From Ktedonobacteraceae bacterium (GTDB lineage: Bacteria; Chloroflexota; Ktedonobacteria; Ktedonobacterales; Ktedonobacteraceae): a stretch of DNA of 64,000 nt. How positions within the stretch are numbered: position 1 is the first letter of the stretch; each line of letters opens with the position of its first letter. This document shows, in pieces, positions 50,426 to 59,810 of this stretch. The stretch is from NCBI GenBank assembly GCA_035294325.1, contig DATGLE010000066.1, positions 32,958 to 96,957 on the forward strand, in the 5' to 3' direction. A model generated the notes under the pieces. It did no database searches, was not told the DNA's origin, and saw nothing but the letters and a program-made list of their open reading frames with translations. The translations under genes and the position numbers were made by a program.

Positions 50426-50833
50426 TTGAGCATGGATACGATAGACCAGGCCAACCCATCCGACCATACTGAGCCGCATAAGCCCTCATCGATAGCCGAG
50501 CAGATCCACTCTGGCGGCTGCGACATCGAGCAGATCCTGAGGCTGATCGCCGATAAGTGGACCTTGATGATCGTCTACATTTTGCTGAGCGGGGCCAGGC
50601 GCTTCGGCGAACTGCTGGAGGCGATGGGCAGTGTCAGCCCCAAAACGGTTTCGCAGCGGCTCAAGATGTTGGAAGAGGCGAAGCTGGTAGAGCGGCAGGC
50701 ATATGCCGAGATTCCGCCGCGCGTCGAGTACCGCCTTACCGAGAAAGGGGAGGCACTGGCAGACATCCTCAAAGCTATTGAGTCCTTCGGCGAACGCTAC
50801 TTCGCCAGCGCCGGGTCGCCTAAGCACACATAG
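50426..50833 (+). CDS. HxlR-family (DUF24, MarR-like) winged-helix transcriptional regulator
   Basis: CDIEQILRLIADKWTLMIVYIL ... RFGEL ... ISPKTVSQRLKMLEEAKLVERQ. Confidence 0.8.
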   Translation: MSMDTIDQANPSDHTEPHKPSSIAEQIHSGGCDIEQILRLIADKWTLMIVYILLSGARRFGELLEAMGSVSPKTVSQRLKMLEEAKLVERQAYAEIPPRVEYRLTEKGEALADILKAIESFGERYFASAGSPKHT

Positions 50834-51031
50834 CCGCGCGATAATGAAGATTAAGATAGTCAATGTAACTCTTCAAACCCCTTTGCCACCTCCAGCGGCT
50901 TGTTCGGGAAGAGTGGGTGTATGGGGGACGGGCGGCGTCCGCCCTCCATACACTCACTCTTCCCCTTGCGCGGCGTCGGAGGCGCCGCGCAAGGGGAAGA
51001 GGGGACTCGAATAGTTACCAATCAAGATCTG

Positions 51032-51985
51032 TCAGGACAGGTTATCTACCAGGCGGCGAGCAGCGTGCAGCCACTCTTCGGGATTATCGTCGGGGATAGA
51101 GCAGCCATTGGCGAGGATGAGTCGCCTGCCACCGACCTGCGAGACCGACGAGAGCATCTCGTTTTTCAGTTCCGCCTCGCTGCCATGCGTTAGCGCCCCA
51201 CGCTCCCATAGACCGGCCATCAATGCCTTGCTGGTAGAATTTGCCGCCTCGGCCAGACTCGGCCCCGTCAGCCGATCACTCCAGCTTATGACCTGCACGG
51301 GGTAGCGATCAAAGAACTCGAAATAGATCTGATCGCTGGTCTGATCTGGATCGGCATGAACATGGACGATATTCAGCCATCCCTGCTCCGCCCCCCGCAG
51401 CGCCTCAACATCGTAGGGATAGGCATGCTGGCTGTACTCGTCGAGCGTCAGATCGGCGGTTGTCGCCCCCATGCAGGAGAAAAAGATGCCACTGGCGCCT
51501 TCATTGATCGCCGCTTCCATCAGGCGGCGCAGATTCGAGGCGATGGTGCCCATCCCTTCCTCGATGGGGCCGGCATCGGCGCGCAGTGCCGCGATGGCGC
51601 GCTGCTTGCCCATGAAGCGCAGCACATACGTAAAGGGGCTGAACAGCGTCAGGATCAAGGGATAATCGTTACCTATGCGCTGCCGCACGCTGCGAATGCA
51701 GACAAGTTGCTCGCGAAATGCGGGCACATCGAGGTCAAGTTTAGGCAGGAGCCGTATATGTGAGACATCGACGACATCCTCATCTGGCCCAGGATAAGGA
51801 AGATCGGGCATGATTTTGGCGATATCCAGCTTAAAGGTATCGACGAAGAAGTTAATGGTGAACTCGGCCAGCTTCTCACCCGACCCTTCTGGTTTGAAGT
51901 GATGCCAGAAGACAAGGGGGACACGATCTACCGCCTCTCCCTTTACTGCCGCGCGAACGCGCTCACCCGGTGTCATTGTACTCAT
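51032..51985 (-). CDS. uroporphyrinogen-decarboxylase (URO-D) family protein (MtaA/CmuA-like)
   Basis: N-terminus RVRAAVKGEAVDRVPLVFWHHF and a TIM-barrel-length sequence. Confidence 0.7.
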   Translation of the reverse strand: MSTMTPGERVRAAVKGEAVDRVPLVFWHHFKPEGSGEKLAEFTINFFVDTFKLDIAKIMPDLPYPGPDEDVVDVSHIRLLPKLDLDVPAFREQLVCIRSVRQRIGNDYPLILTLFSPFTYVLRFMGKQRAIAALRADAGPIEEGMGTIASNLRRLMEAAINEGASGIFFSCMGATTADLTLDEYSQHAYPYDVEALRGAEQGWLNIVHVHADPDQTSDQIYFEFFDRYPVQVISWSDRLTGPSLAEAANSTSKALMAGLWERGALTHGSEAELKNEMLSSVSQVGGRRLILANGCSIPDDNPEEWLHAARRLVDNLS

Positions 51986-52121
51986 GGCTATTCCTTAAAA
52001 AAAGAAAAACTGTGGTAACGGACATTGCCGACCAGGATCGGCAACATTTCAGGTTGCGTAGCCACGCGATATCGTGCCGCTATGCACAATCGGAGTTTAC
52101 GCGCTTCCTGCCAGAATTATA

Positions 52122-52748
52122 TCACTTTCCAGTGGAGTAGCTTCCCGGCAGAGGAGTAATCGGAGGCGCTGGCACCAGTGTGGGCCATGCGGGCGGAAGT
52201 TGCAACGCATATTTTTGCGCAAGCAGCGCAGCCTGTTCCAGAATGCGCCTGATATCGCGCAGCGATTTCTCAGGGGGAACCTGCCCCCAGAAGAGCAGCA
52301 CAGCCATTTGCGAAACATCCGGCGGCGCGACATTCTGCACAAAATAGCCATTGCAATAGTTCAGGCCGTAGCGCTTGAGTACGGCGGCCTGGTGTTCTGA
52401 GAATATGCCGGCGCCGTCCCGCAGCGGAATATCGCGCCGCATCTCCATCACATGCTCGGCTACCGCCACCACCCGCTCGTTCACGAGCACCGGCCCGACC
52501 AGTCGTTCGTTCTGGCACTCCAATGCTCGCAACATCAGAGACGAGGATGCAGCGCTATCGCCGGGCGTCACCCAGAACTGCGCGACCCGCACATGATAGT
52601 GGCATACAAGGGCGCGGGCCAGCCCTTCGAACAACTCATCGAGATCACGTATGAACGGAGCCTGTCGCAACAAGCGGGCAATAATCAGCAGTTGCATATT
52701 GCGAACTGCTGGCTGGAATAGATCTTGAGTAGAGGCACTTTTTATCAT
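52122..52748 (-). CDS. hypothetical protein
   Basis: 208-aa ORF divergent from the SWIM gene. No recognisable motif. Confidence 0.35.
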   Translation of the reverse strand: MIKSASTQDLFQPAVRNMQLLIIARLLRQAPFIRDLDELFEGLARALVCHYHVRVAQFWVTPGDSAASSSLMLRALECQNERLVGPVLVNERVVAVAEHVMEMRRDIPLRDGAGIFSEHQAAVLKRYGLNYCNGYFVQNVAPPDVSQMAVLLFWGQVPPEKSLRDIRRILEQAALLAQKYALQLPPAWPTLVPAPPITPLPGSYSTGK

Positions 52749-53007
52749 GTTATCTTTCCCCCTTTGCTATCTTCCACCCATCGATAGGATAGGTTCCTGG
52801 CATAACAGCCGGAAATACTATACTCGATTTTTGCCGGTGATGTGTTAAAAAGTTATTAAAAATCATTGGAAGATATAAATATTCTGTTGCACAGGAATTT
52901 ACACAAGAAATGTGTCATACTTTGTTTATGCCGCCATGAAGTGTGGCAAATCTTGCAGTACTTGCTTCCCAGCGCCAGCGCTTGCGAGTACCTGCGGCGC
53001 TCACCTT

Positions 53008-53064
53008 TATAATTTGTTTTATGAGAAAATGCGCTGTACGCATTTTCTCATAAAACAAATTATA
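53008..53064. repeat. 57-bp palindrome (tataatttgttttatgagaaaatgcg-ctgta-cgcattttctcataaaacaaattata), sibling of 2968-3022
   Basis: Shares the outer arms (tataatttgt ... acaaattata) and the inner aaaatgcg/cgcatttt with copy 1. The middle stem differs, but the difference is compensatory. Confidence 0.6.
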
Positions 53065-53182
53065 AGCAATATACAACAGAAAGAGTGAGATGCGCATGGT
53101 TTCGGAGCGATTGACCGGACGCCCGCGTCGTGCTATCATAACTCAACATAGCTCAATGTAGATTCGTAATGGCAGAAGTTCT

Positions 53183-55606
53183 ATGGAAAATGTTGTACCC
53201 GGCGCCCTGCAACGCCTGCGCGCCGCTGATATCATGCGCATAGCGGGGCTGACGGCAGCATCGCAAGGGCAGGAGTATTGTCGCACAGGAGCAGTACAGA
53301 ACCCACAGCGTCAGGGAGCCAGAATCAGCGGAATTGTTGTTCATATCCCCCGGACCGGCACGCCTGTATCGCCCCAGAGCGTAGCTGAGGAGCCATTCGC
53401 AGCCGACCAGCATTCCTATCCCGTTGAGGTTGAGATACAGAGCGCGACAGCATGGGAGAGCAACTGCCTATGTGGCGAGGCTTCTTCTGCCCGGCTTTGT
53501 CCCCACGCAGCGGCTCTCCTCTACTACTGGCTCGCACATCCCGAGGCTTTTGCCACCCCCGGCGAGACCTCCTCTTCTAACACAATGCGTGCAAGCGGCG
53601 GCACGTACAGAAAATCAACGGCAGCAACGACGCCCACACCGGAGCCAGCGCCACCTCTATCGCTGCGTTCGATGACCGTCACGCGCGGGTCGGAGCCACT
53701 CGATAGTCTTGAGGACGTTCTGAGCCAGATGGGAGTGAGCGAACTGCGCAGCATCGCGCGCGAATATGATATCGTCACCAACGGCATGAGCAAACAAGCG
53801 CTGGCGCACACTATTCTGGAGACCGTGAGCCGGCCCGAAGCGGTGCGACGCGCCGCGGCGACGCTGGAGAAGTCCCAGCGCCAGTTGCTGGCCGCATTGA
53901 CATTGGCGGGGGGCGCGATGACCGACGAGGATCTGCGCGGCCTCTACGAACGCTTTGGCCTGGGCCACCCCAGCCAGTTCCAGAGCGCCATCGTCGCCCT
54001 CCAGAGCAAATTTTTGATCTTCCGCACCAGCCTGGAGAGTCCTTTACAGACGCGCATAGGTTTGAGCGGTTCGCTATCCGATATTGGCTGGTGCGTGCCG
54101 GAGGAGGTGCAGGCAGCTCTGCGCGTGACCGTCCCGATCACCACGTTCAATATCGAGAAAAGTACCGATGTCACGCACATCCAGGAGGCCGAACCCTATA
54201 GCCTGCTGGCGGATCTGCTTCTCGTAGCGCGCGCCCTGGATAATTACCGGCTCTCCGCCAGCGATACCTGGCAGGAACGGAGCGTGCCCGGGCGTTCATA
54301 TGATACAGCATCCCCTTCTCGCCCGCCGATCACCTTCTCGCCCGATGGCTCCGTTGCCATCCCTCCGCCCGGCGATACGCCCTCGCCATCGCTGCTTGAA
54401 ACGTTGCGGAACATCGTCCCTCGCTCGCCCGCGTTTTTGCGCTTCGCCGTTCGCCTCCTGCGGCTGGCAGATATCCTGCATCAAGATGACAGTGGCACTC
54501 CATACCTGCGTGTTCTACCTAACGCTGCTGAATTGCTGTTAGGGCCGGCACGCGCCGATATAGCGCACGAACTGTTTGAACTCTGGCTGCGGCAATCCTC
54601 CTACGATGATCTGTTCGAGTTACAGGAAGAAGGGCTGCGCCTGCGCTGCCGTGCGACTGCGCTCAATCTTCCTGCCCTGCGCAGCGGAGAATTGGAGGCG
54701 GAGAATAGCGAGGCCAGGCAATTTCTACTTGCACTGCTGGCTGAGGCTCCGCTTGAGCAGTGGATCAGCTTCCCGGCCTTCGCGCGCTTCGTCTATCGCT
54801 TGAACCCGCTCTTTTTGCAGAAGCGGCAGCGGCTCTACTCCTCGCCGCACTGGTGGATAGAGCGCGAGGAAGGGCGTCCCCTGCGCCCCTTACAGCAGCA
54901 CGACTGGTCACAGGCGGAGGCCCACTACATCGCGCGTCTCCTGCACGAACCGCTGCACTGGTGGGGCATATGTGATACCGCGTTTTCTGCCGACGGGCGT
55001 TTGCTCGCGTTCCGCCTCACGGCGCTCGCCGGATGGTTCTTCAGCCACCTGTCCCCCGTCGCAGAGGAACCGCCCGCGCAGAGTTCTCCGCCGAGCGCCG
55101 GAGCGTTGATTGTGACCGGCCCTGGAGAAATACGCGTTGCCTGTGCTCCGGCTCTGTGGCCGACGATTGCGCTACTGGAAACCTTCACGGAGAGCGCCGG
55201 TGTGCACGATGGCTGCCTCTGCTATCGCCTGACGCCGCGAGCACTGAGCACCGCGCTGAGCCAGGGACACCGCCCGGGGCGATTGCTGGAGCTGTTGCGA
55301 CTTGCAGCCTCCACAGAGACGGAACCAGATGGCCCGGCGGCACGCCTGGTGGCTCAGCTTGAACGCTGGGCCGCAAGCTATGGCCGTATGCGTATCTACA
55401 CCGGCGTCGCGCTGCTTGAGGCGGCGGATAGTATGGTCATGCGCGAACTTTCCGCGACAACCTCGTTAGACGGCCAGATTGTAAAGGCTATCCAGCCCAC
55501 TCTGCTCATTCTTAATAAGCCGGGAGCGGAACTTGTCAGCGACGAACTGAAGCGGCGCGGCCAGTCTCCTCTCCTGCACGACGAGGAATTGTATGGAACA
55601 GAGTGA
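53183..55606 (+). CDS. SWIM zinc-finger-containing large protein of unknown function
   Basis: 807 aa. Residues ~100-125 read CLCGEASSARLCPHAAALLYYW, matching the SWIM CxCx(n)CxH pattern. The rest is Leu/Ala/Arg-rich helical sequence without enzymatic motifs. Confidence 0.65.
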   Translation: MENVVPGALQRLRAADIMRIAGLTAASQGQEYCRTGAVQNPQRQGARISGIVVHIPRTGTPVSPQSVAEEPFAADQHSYPVEVEIQSATAWESNCLCGEASSARLCPHAAALLYYWLAHPEAFATPGETSSSNTMRASGGTYRKSTAATTPTPEPAPPLSLRSMTVTRGSEPLDSLEDVLSQMGVSELRSIAREYDIVTNGMSKQALAHTILETVSRPEAVRRAAATLEKSQRQLLAALTLAGGAMTDEDLRGLYERFGLGHPSQFQSAIVALQSKFLIFRTSLESPLQTRIGLSGSLSDIGWCVPEEVQAALRVTVPITTFNIEKSTDVTHIQEAEPYSLLADLLLVARALDNYRLSASDTWQERSVPGRSYDTASPSRPPITFSPDGSVAIPPPGDTPSPSLLETLRNIVPRSPAFLRFAVRLLRLADILHQDDSGTPYLRVLPNAAELLLGPARADIAHELFELWLRQSSYDDLFELQEEGLRLRCRATALNLPALRSGELEAENSEARQFLLALLAEAPLEQWISFPAFARFVYRLNPLFLQKRQRLYSSPHWWIEREEGRPLRPLQQHDWSQAEAHYIARLLHEPLHWWGICDTAFSADGRLLAFRLTALAGWFFSHLSPVAEEPPAQSSPPSAGALIVTGPGEIRVACAPALWPTIALLETFTESAGVHDGCLCYRLTPRALSTALSQGHRPGRLLELLRLAASTETEPDGPAARLVAQLERWAASYGRMRIYTGVALLEAADSMVMRELSATTSLDGQIVKAIQPTLLILNKPGAELVSDELKRRGQSPLLHDEELYGTE

Positions 55607-57986
55607 CCTCGATCTGCTGCGCACGGCACCGGCCTATCATCTACAAACATTGCTCAGAACCAGGCACATAGCCATTGCGCAGGACGAATTACGCTCTGAT
55701 CCTTCCCCTTCCTCAGTCTCTATCATTACGCCGGAAATCGCGCAATCTCTCCTGGATCCGTCGGCTATAAGCGAGGCGCTGAAAGATCTCGATAAGGTGG
55801 AGATAGCGATATTGCGCGAGCTGGTCGCATGCGGCGGGCGCGCCAATAGTCGCGATCTCGCTTTGTATCTCACCGGTGCCGGCCTGCTCTCGCCCGGCAA
55901 GAAAGGCGAGACGGCACCCGCGCGCGAATCCCCGGCGCGTGTGCAGGATATCTTTCGCGCATCACAGCCACTCATGGCCCCGGAATATCCCGTTGCTCAC
56001 CCCCACGGCATTTTTGAGCAGGGTCTGCGACACCTGCTCATCGCGGGACTCGTGTTCTGGGGAAAACAGACGGGTTTCACGGGGCGCGAACGTGACTACG
56101 CCGCTGGCACCCATGATGGTACGCTGATCGTTCCTGTTGCCGTGCAGAAGGCAGTACGCAGCGCATGGGAACTGGAAGAGGTCTCGCCGGGCACGCAGGG
56201 CCAGCAGGGCACCGGCGAAGGGGAACAGGAATTGCAGCGCACGCTCTATCTCTACTGGTCCCTGGTGGCCGCCACGCGCGAGGGCCTTCCTCTCCTGACC
56301 AGCGGCCTGCTTGCACGCTCCGCTCTGCGGCAGGTGACGGATGGGATGGGCGACAGGCTGCATATCGAGCAGGCGAGGCAGGAGAATGAGGTTCCGCGCT
56401 TATTGTTTATCCGGCTCCTCCTGATGAAGCTGGGCCTGCTGCTCGAACGAGATGGAACGCTGCGCGCGGCTCCGGCGGAGCCATTTTTCTCACTACCGCT
56501 GGTCGAGCGCGTCCGTCGCTGCCGCCGCCTTTATGTCGAAACCCCCTTCTGGAATGAAATGCTTTATCTGCCAGAGGTAAGCGTGCGTCCAGGCCCGGCG
56601 CCGCTCGAAGAGGCCCACGCGGAAGTCGTCAACGCGCGCCGCCAGGTCATCGAACGTCTATTGCACGAACCGCGCGAGGAGTGGCGCAACCTCTCTACTT
56701 TTATCGCGCGTTGCAAGCTGCACATACCAAATCTGCTCTTTCCGCGCCAGTATGGACCGCGCGCCGAGCGCTATTCCAGCGAGAGCAACCCCTACGGCTG
56801 GGATTTCCGGCTGCGCCGTGGCTGGCTGATGCCGCGCGAGGGATGGCACATGATCGAGGGCGGCTTTATTCGCGCCGTCGTCGGCGGCCCGCTGTACTGG
56901 CTGGGCCTGGTGGAGCTTGATCACGCCGAAAATCCCACCGCATTTCGTCTTACGCCCGACATTGATACGGTGATGAGCGACGCCCCTTTAGCGAGTGACG
57001 AGCCGGTCTGGGGACGACTCATTGTACAGCCAAATTTCGAACTGGTGGCTCTGGCTCCCGTCTCCGAAGCATTGCTCGTCAGCCTTGATCGCTTCGCCGA
57101 GCGCGTCAGCCTGGAACATATCGCGCAGTACCGGCTGACGAAGGCCAGCGTCACGCGCGCTATCCAGACGGGGCTGCATGCCGGGGAGATTCAGGAGATG
57201 TTGGAGCGCGCAGCAGGCGGCGATTTGCCGCAGAATGTGCGCTACTCTCTGGTCGAGTGGGAGCGGCAGGCCAGGCGCGTTGAGATGTGGCGCGATGCCA
57301 CGCTCTTCGAGGTCGATGAGGCAGCGCTGCTGGATGCGCTGTTTGCGGATGAAGCGACGCGGCCATTGCTCAGGCGACGCCTGGCTCCAACGCTGGCGGA
57401 GGTCGCGCCACAACATCTATCAGAGCTACAGAATTTGCTCTGGCAGCGCGGCTACCTGCCCGCGCTCGCCTCTGCTCCCGAACAGCACGCTTTATCCGAG
57501 GGTGGCCGCCTGGTCGAACGCGAACCACAGTGGCGGCTGCACAATGATGGCCTGTTGCAGCCCTTCTATGCCGTGCTCGATCTCTACCTGGCGGCGGAAG
57601 TCCAGCGCTTCACGGAACGCGACGAGCCGACGGGCTGGCCGCGCATCACTCCCACGTCCCTGCGGCAAGCGCTGGAGCGCGATATGACGCTCACTGACAT
57701 TATACGCTTCTTGCAGCGCTATTGTGGGGGCGGCATCCCTGGCTCTCTGCTGATCCGTCTCAAGCTGTGGGGCGGCGGCTACGAAGGCGGCCAGGAGGTA
57801 CGCGTCGAACATGCGCCCATGCTGCGCCTCTCAGAAGCGGTACTGCGCGATTTGCAGGCCGACGAAGAGATCGGCCCACTGCTCGGCGCCGAGGTTGAGC
57901 AGCGCAGCCGGCTGGTGCGCGTAGAGGGGGATAACCTGGCGCGGGTAATGGAACTGCTGCGCGAGCGCGGCTTCCCCCTGGCATGA
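55593..57986 (+). CDS. large hypothetical protein translationally coupled to the SWIM protein
   Basis: 797 aa. Start overlaps the upstream stop by 14 nt and has a GAGGAA RBS. No Walker A or DExH motifs were found on inspection. Helical and Arg/Leu-rich. Confidence 0.55.
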   Translation: MEQSDLDLLRTAPAYHLQTLLRTRHIAIAQDELRSDPSPSSVSIITPEIAQSLLDPSAISEALKDLDKVEIAILRELVACGGRANSRDLALYLTGAGLLSPGKKGETAPARESPARVQDIFRASQPLMAPEYPVAHPHGIFEQGLRHLLIAGLVFWGKQTGFTGRERDYAAGTHDGTLIVPVAVQKAVRSAWELEEVSPGTQGQQGTGEGEQELQRTLYLYWSLVAATREGLPLLTSGLLARSALRQVTDGMGDRLHIEQARQENEVPRLLFIRLLLMKLGLLLERDGTLRAAPAEPFFSLPLVERVRRCRRLYVETPFWNEMLYLPEVSVRPGPAPLEEAHAEVVNARRQVIERLLHEPREEWRNLSTFIARCKLHIPNLLFPRQYGPRAERYSSESNPYGWDFRLRRGWLMPREGWHMIEGGFIRAVVGGPLYWLGLVELDHAENPTAFRLTPDIDTVMSDAPLASDEPVWGRLIVQPNFELVALAPVSEALLVSLDRFAERVSLEHIAQYRLTKASVTRAIQTGLHAGEIQEMLERAAGGDLPQNVRYSLVEWERQARRVEMWRDATLFEVDEAALLDALFADEATRPLLRRRLAPTLAEVAPQHLSELQNLLWQRGYLPALASAPEQHALSEGGRLVEREPQWRLHNDGLLQPFYAVLDLYLAAEVQRFTERDEPTGWPRITPTSLRQALERDMTLTDIIRFLQRYCGGGIPGSLLIRLKLWGGGYEGGQEVRVEHAPMLRLSEAVLRDLQADEEIGPLLGAEVEQRSRLVRVEGDNLARVMELLRERGFPLA

Positions 57987-58080
57987 GATGTGCCCGGTTT
58001 TAAATATCAGTGGTGAAACTGTTGACAAACCGCCAAAGCTATGATATCTTAGTAACGCAAACCGGATATGACAGTTTAAG

Positions 58081-58155
58081 CGGGAGTGGCTCAGTGGTAG
58101 AGCGCTTCCTTGCCAAGGAAGATGTCGCGGGTTCGAATCCCGTCTCCCGCTCCAT
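58081..58155 (+). tRNA. tRNA-Gly (GCC)
   Basis: Cloverleaf readable directly: acceptor gcgggag/ctcccgc, anticodon loop ttGCCaa, T-loop ggttcgaatcc, encoded CCA. Confidence 0.9.
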
Positions 58156-58168
58156 TGCCCCATTCAAG

Positions 58169-58242
58169 GCGACGTAGCCAAGTGGTAAGGCACGGCTCTG
58201 CAAAAGCTGCACCAGCGGTTCGAATCCGCTCGTCGCCTCCAG
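58169..58242 (+). tRNA. tRNA-Cys (GCA)
   Basis: Acceptor ggcgacg/cgtcgcc, anticodon loop ctGCAaa, T-loop ggttcgaatcc, encoded CCA. Confidence 0.9.
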
Positions 58243-58285
58243 AGACGTGATTGTGCATCACGTCTTTTCTTGTTTTCAGGACCAC

Positions 58286-59101
58286 CACATGCGACAGCAA
58301 CGTAGCTACTCCACCGAGGCCGTCATCCTCAAACATACCGATCTGGGTGAAGCTGATCGGATCCTGACGCTGCTCACCCCCTACAAAGGGAAAATGCGTG
58401 TGGTGGCTAAAGGCGCGCGCCGCCCCATCAGCAGAAAGACAGGCCACCTGGATCTGCTCTGCCATAGCCAGTTGCAGATGGCGCTGGGCCGCAACCTCGA
58501 TATCGTGACCCAGGCCCAGGCTATAGAAAACTTCCTGCACCTGCGCGCAGAACTCTGGCATATGACCTGCGGCTTCTACCTCGCCGAACTGATTGACCGC
58601 TTCATCGAGGATGACACGCGCCACCTCGATGTATACAACCTGCTGCTGGAGGCACTGCGTGCCCTCGATGCCGATGCCCTGGAGCTACAACACAACCGCG
58701 AGCAAGGCGTGGCTCCCACCGGCTACGAGCGCAGTCGCAGCCAGTTGCTGCTGCGCTACGTCGAGCTTAACCTGCTCTCTTACATCGGCTATGAACCGGC
58801 GCTGCGCACCTGCGCGCACTGCCACAGCGAACTGGAGCCAGTACAGAACGGCTTCTCGCCGCCGCTCGGTGGCGCGCTCTGCCCCAACTGCTCGCACCTC
58901 TGGGCACAGTCACTCTCAATGAATGCCCTGAAAGTCCTGCGCCTGCTACAGCGCAGCGAGTGGACGCAGGTGCCGCGCCTGCGCCTTGATGCCCGCCTCC
59001 ACACCGAGGTCGAGGGGGCCATGCACAGCCTCTTGCGCTTTCACCTCGAACGCGATCTCAAGTCGTGGAGCTTCCTGGAGATGCTGAATATCAAGCAGTA
59101 A
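58286..59101 (+). CDS. recO: DNA repair protein RecO
   Basis: N-terminal OB fold (EAVILKHTDLGEADRILTLLTPYKGKMRVVAKGARR). C-terminal CAHCHSELEP...CPNC zinc motif. Confidence 0.85.
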   Translation, partial: HMRQQRSYSTEAVILKHTDLGEADRILTLLTPYKGKMRVVAKGARRPISRKTGHLDLLCHSQLQMALGRNLDIVTQAQAIENFLHLRAELWHMTCGFYLAELIDRFIEDDTRHLDVYNLLLEALRALDADALELQHNREQGVAPTGYERSRSQLLLRYVELNLLSYIGYEPALRTCAHCHSELEPVQNGFSPPLGGALCPNCSHLWAQSLSMNALKVLRLLQRSEWTQVPRLRLDARLHTEVEGAMHSLLRFHLERDLKSWSFLEMLNIKQ

Positions 59102-59186
59102 ATATTGTCACAGCCACGAGAATCCGCTATACTGAACAGCATAAGAAGCGTTTCCTATGTCTATCTACTGGAGAAGGGCGATACGC

Positions 59187-59555
59187 ATGACAGAAGAAAA
59201 GGATATGGATGATGTATTTTACTACGGCATTCAACAGCCCGTTCGCGCAGCCGGCTTTCTATGTGAACGCGTTGACCAGGAAGCTTTCCTGGGGGATATC
59301 CTTGACCGCGTTAAACAGAAAATCGAGACCGCAGCCGTTGTAATTGCGGAGCTAACCGGCGCGAATCCTAACGTCTATCTTGAGATCGGCTACGCCTGGG
59401 GCAAGGGCGTGCCTGCACTGCTGCTATTAAAAGACGGACAGGAACTGCGTTTCGACGTGCGCGGGCAGAGATGCTTGAAATACGAAAGAATACGCGATCT
59501 GGAGGAGTCTCTCGCAAAAGAGCTACAGGAGCTTAAATCTCAAGGGCTTATTTAG
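59187..59555 (+). CDS. small protein with nucleoside 2-deoxyribosyltransferase-like motif
   Basis: NPNVYLEIGYAWGKGVPALLL resembles the Ndt-family E-x-G-x-A-x-x-G-K-P-V core and VFYYG resembles the N-terminal aromatic strand. Tentative. Confidence 0.35.
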   Translation: MTEEKDMDDVFYYGIQQPVRAAGFLCERVDQEAFLGDILDRVKQKIETAAVVIAELTGANPNVYLEIGYAWGKGVPALLLLKDGQELRFDVRGQRCLKYERIRDLEESLAKELQELKSQGLI

Positions 59556-59617
59556 ATGCAATGCGCAAGTTTTTCCCAATGTTATACCAACCATGCGCGG
59601 GCTTGCTCGCTGCCGCT

Positions 59618-59810
59618 CGCAGCGCCCCTACTGCATTTCAATGGGTCCCCTCAAAAAACATGATTGCTCATGCCCTTCTATCGCAGCGCCCCTACTGCAT
59701 TTCAACGGGTCCCTTCAACAACAAGATCGCTCATGCCTCCTATCTCAGCGCCCCTACAGCATTTCAACGGGTCCCTTCAAAAAAACAAGATTGCTTATGC
59801 CCTCCTATCT
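59618..59810. repeat. three tandem copies of a 64-bp unit (cgcagcgcccctactgcatttcaa[ct]gggtccc[ct]tcaa...gattgct[ct]atgcc...tat)
   Basis: Units at 59618-59681, 59682-59745 and 59746-59810 are >85% identical and adjacent with no spacers. Confidence 0.85.

Noticed and set aside
59618-59810. Possible CRISPR array (regular direct repeats)
   Set aside because: The 64-bp units are contiguous and near-identical along their whole length, with no unique spacers and no cas genes nearby. This is a tandem minisatellite, not CRISPR.
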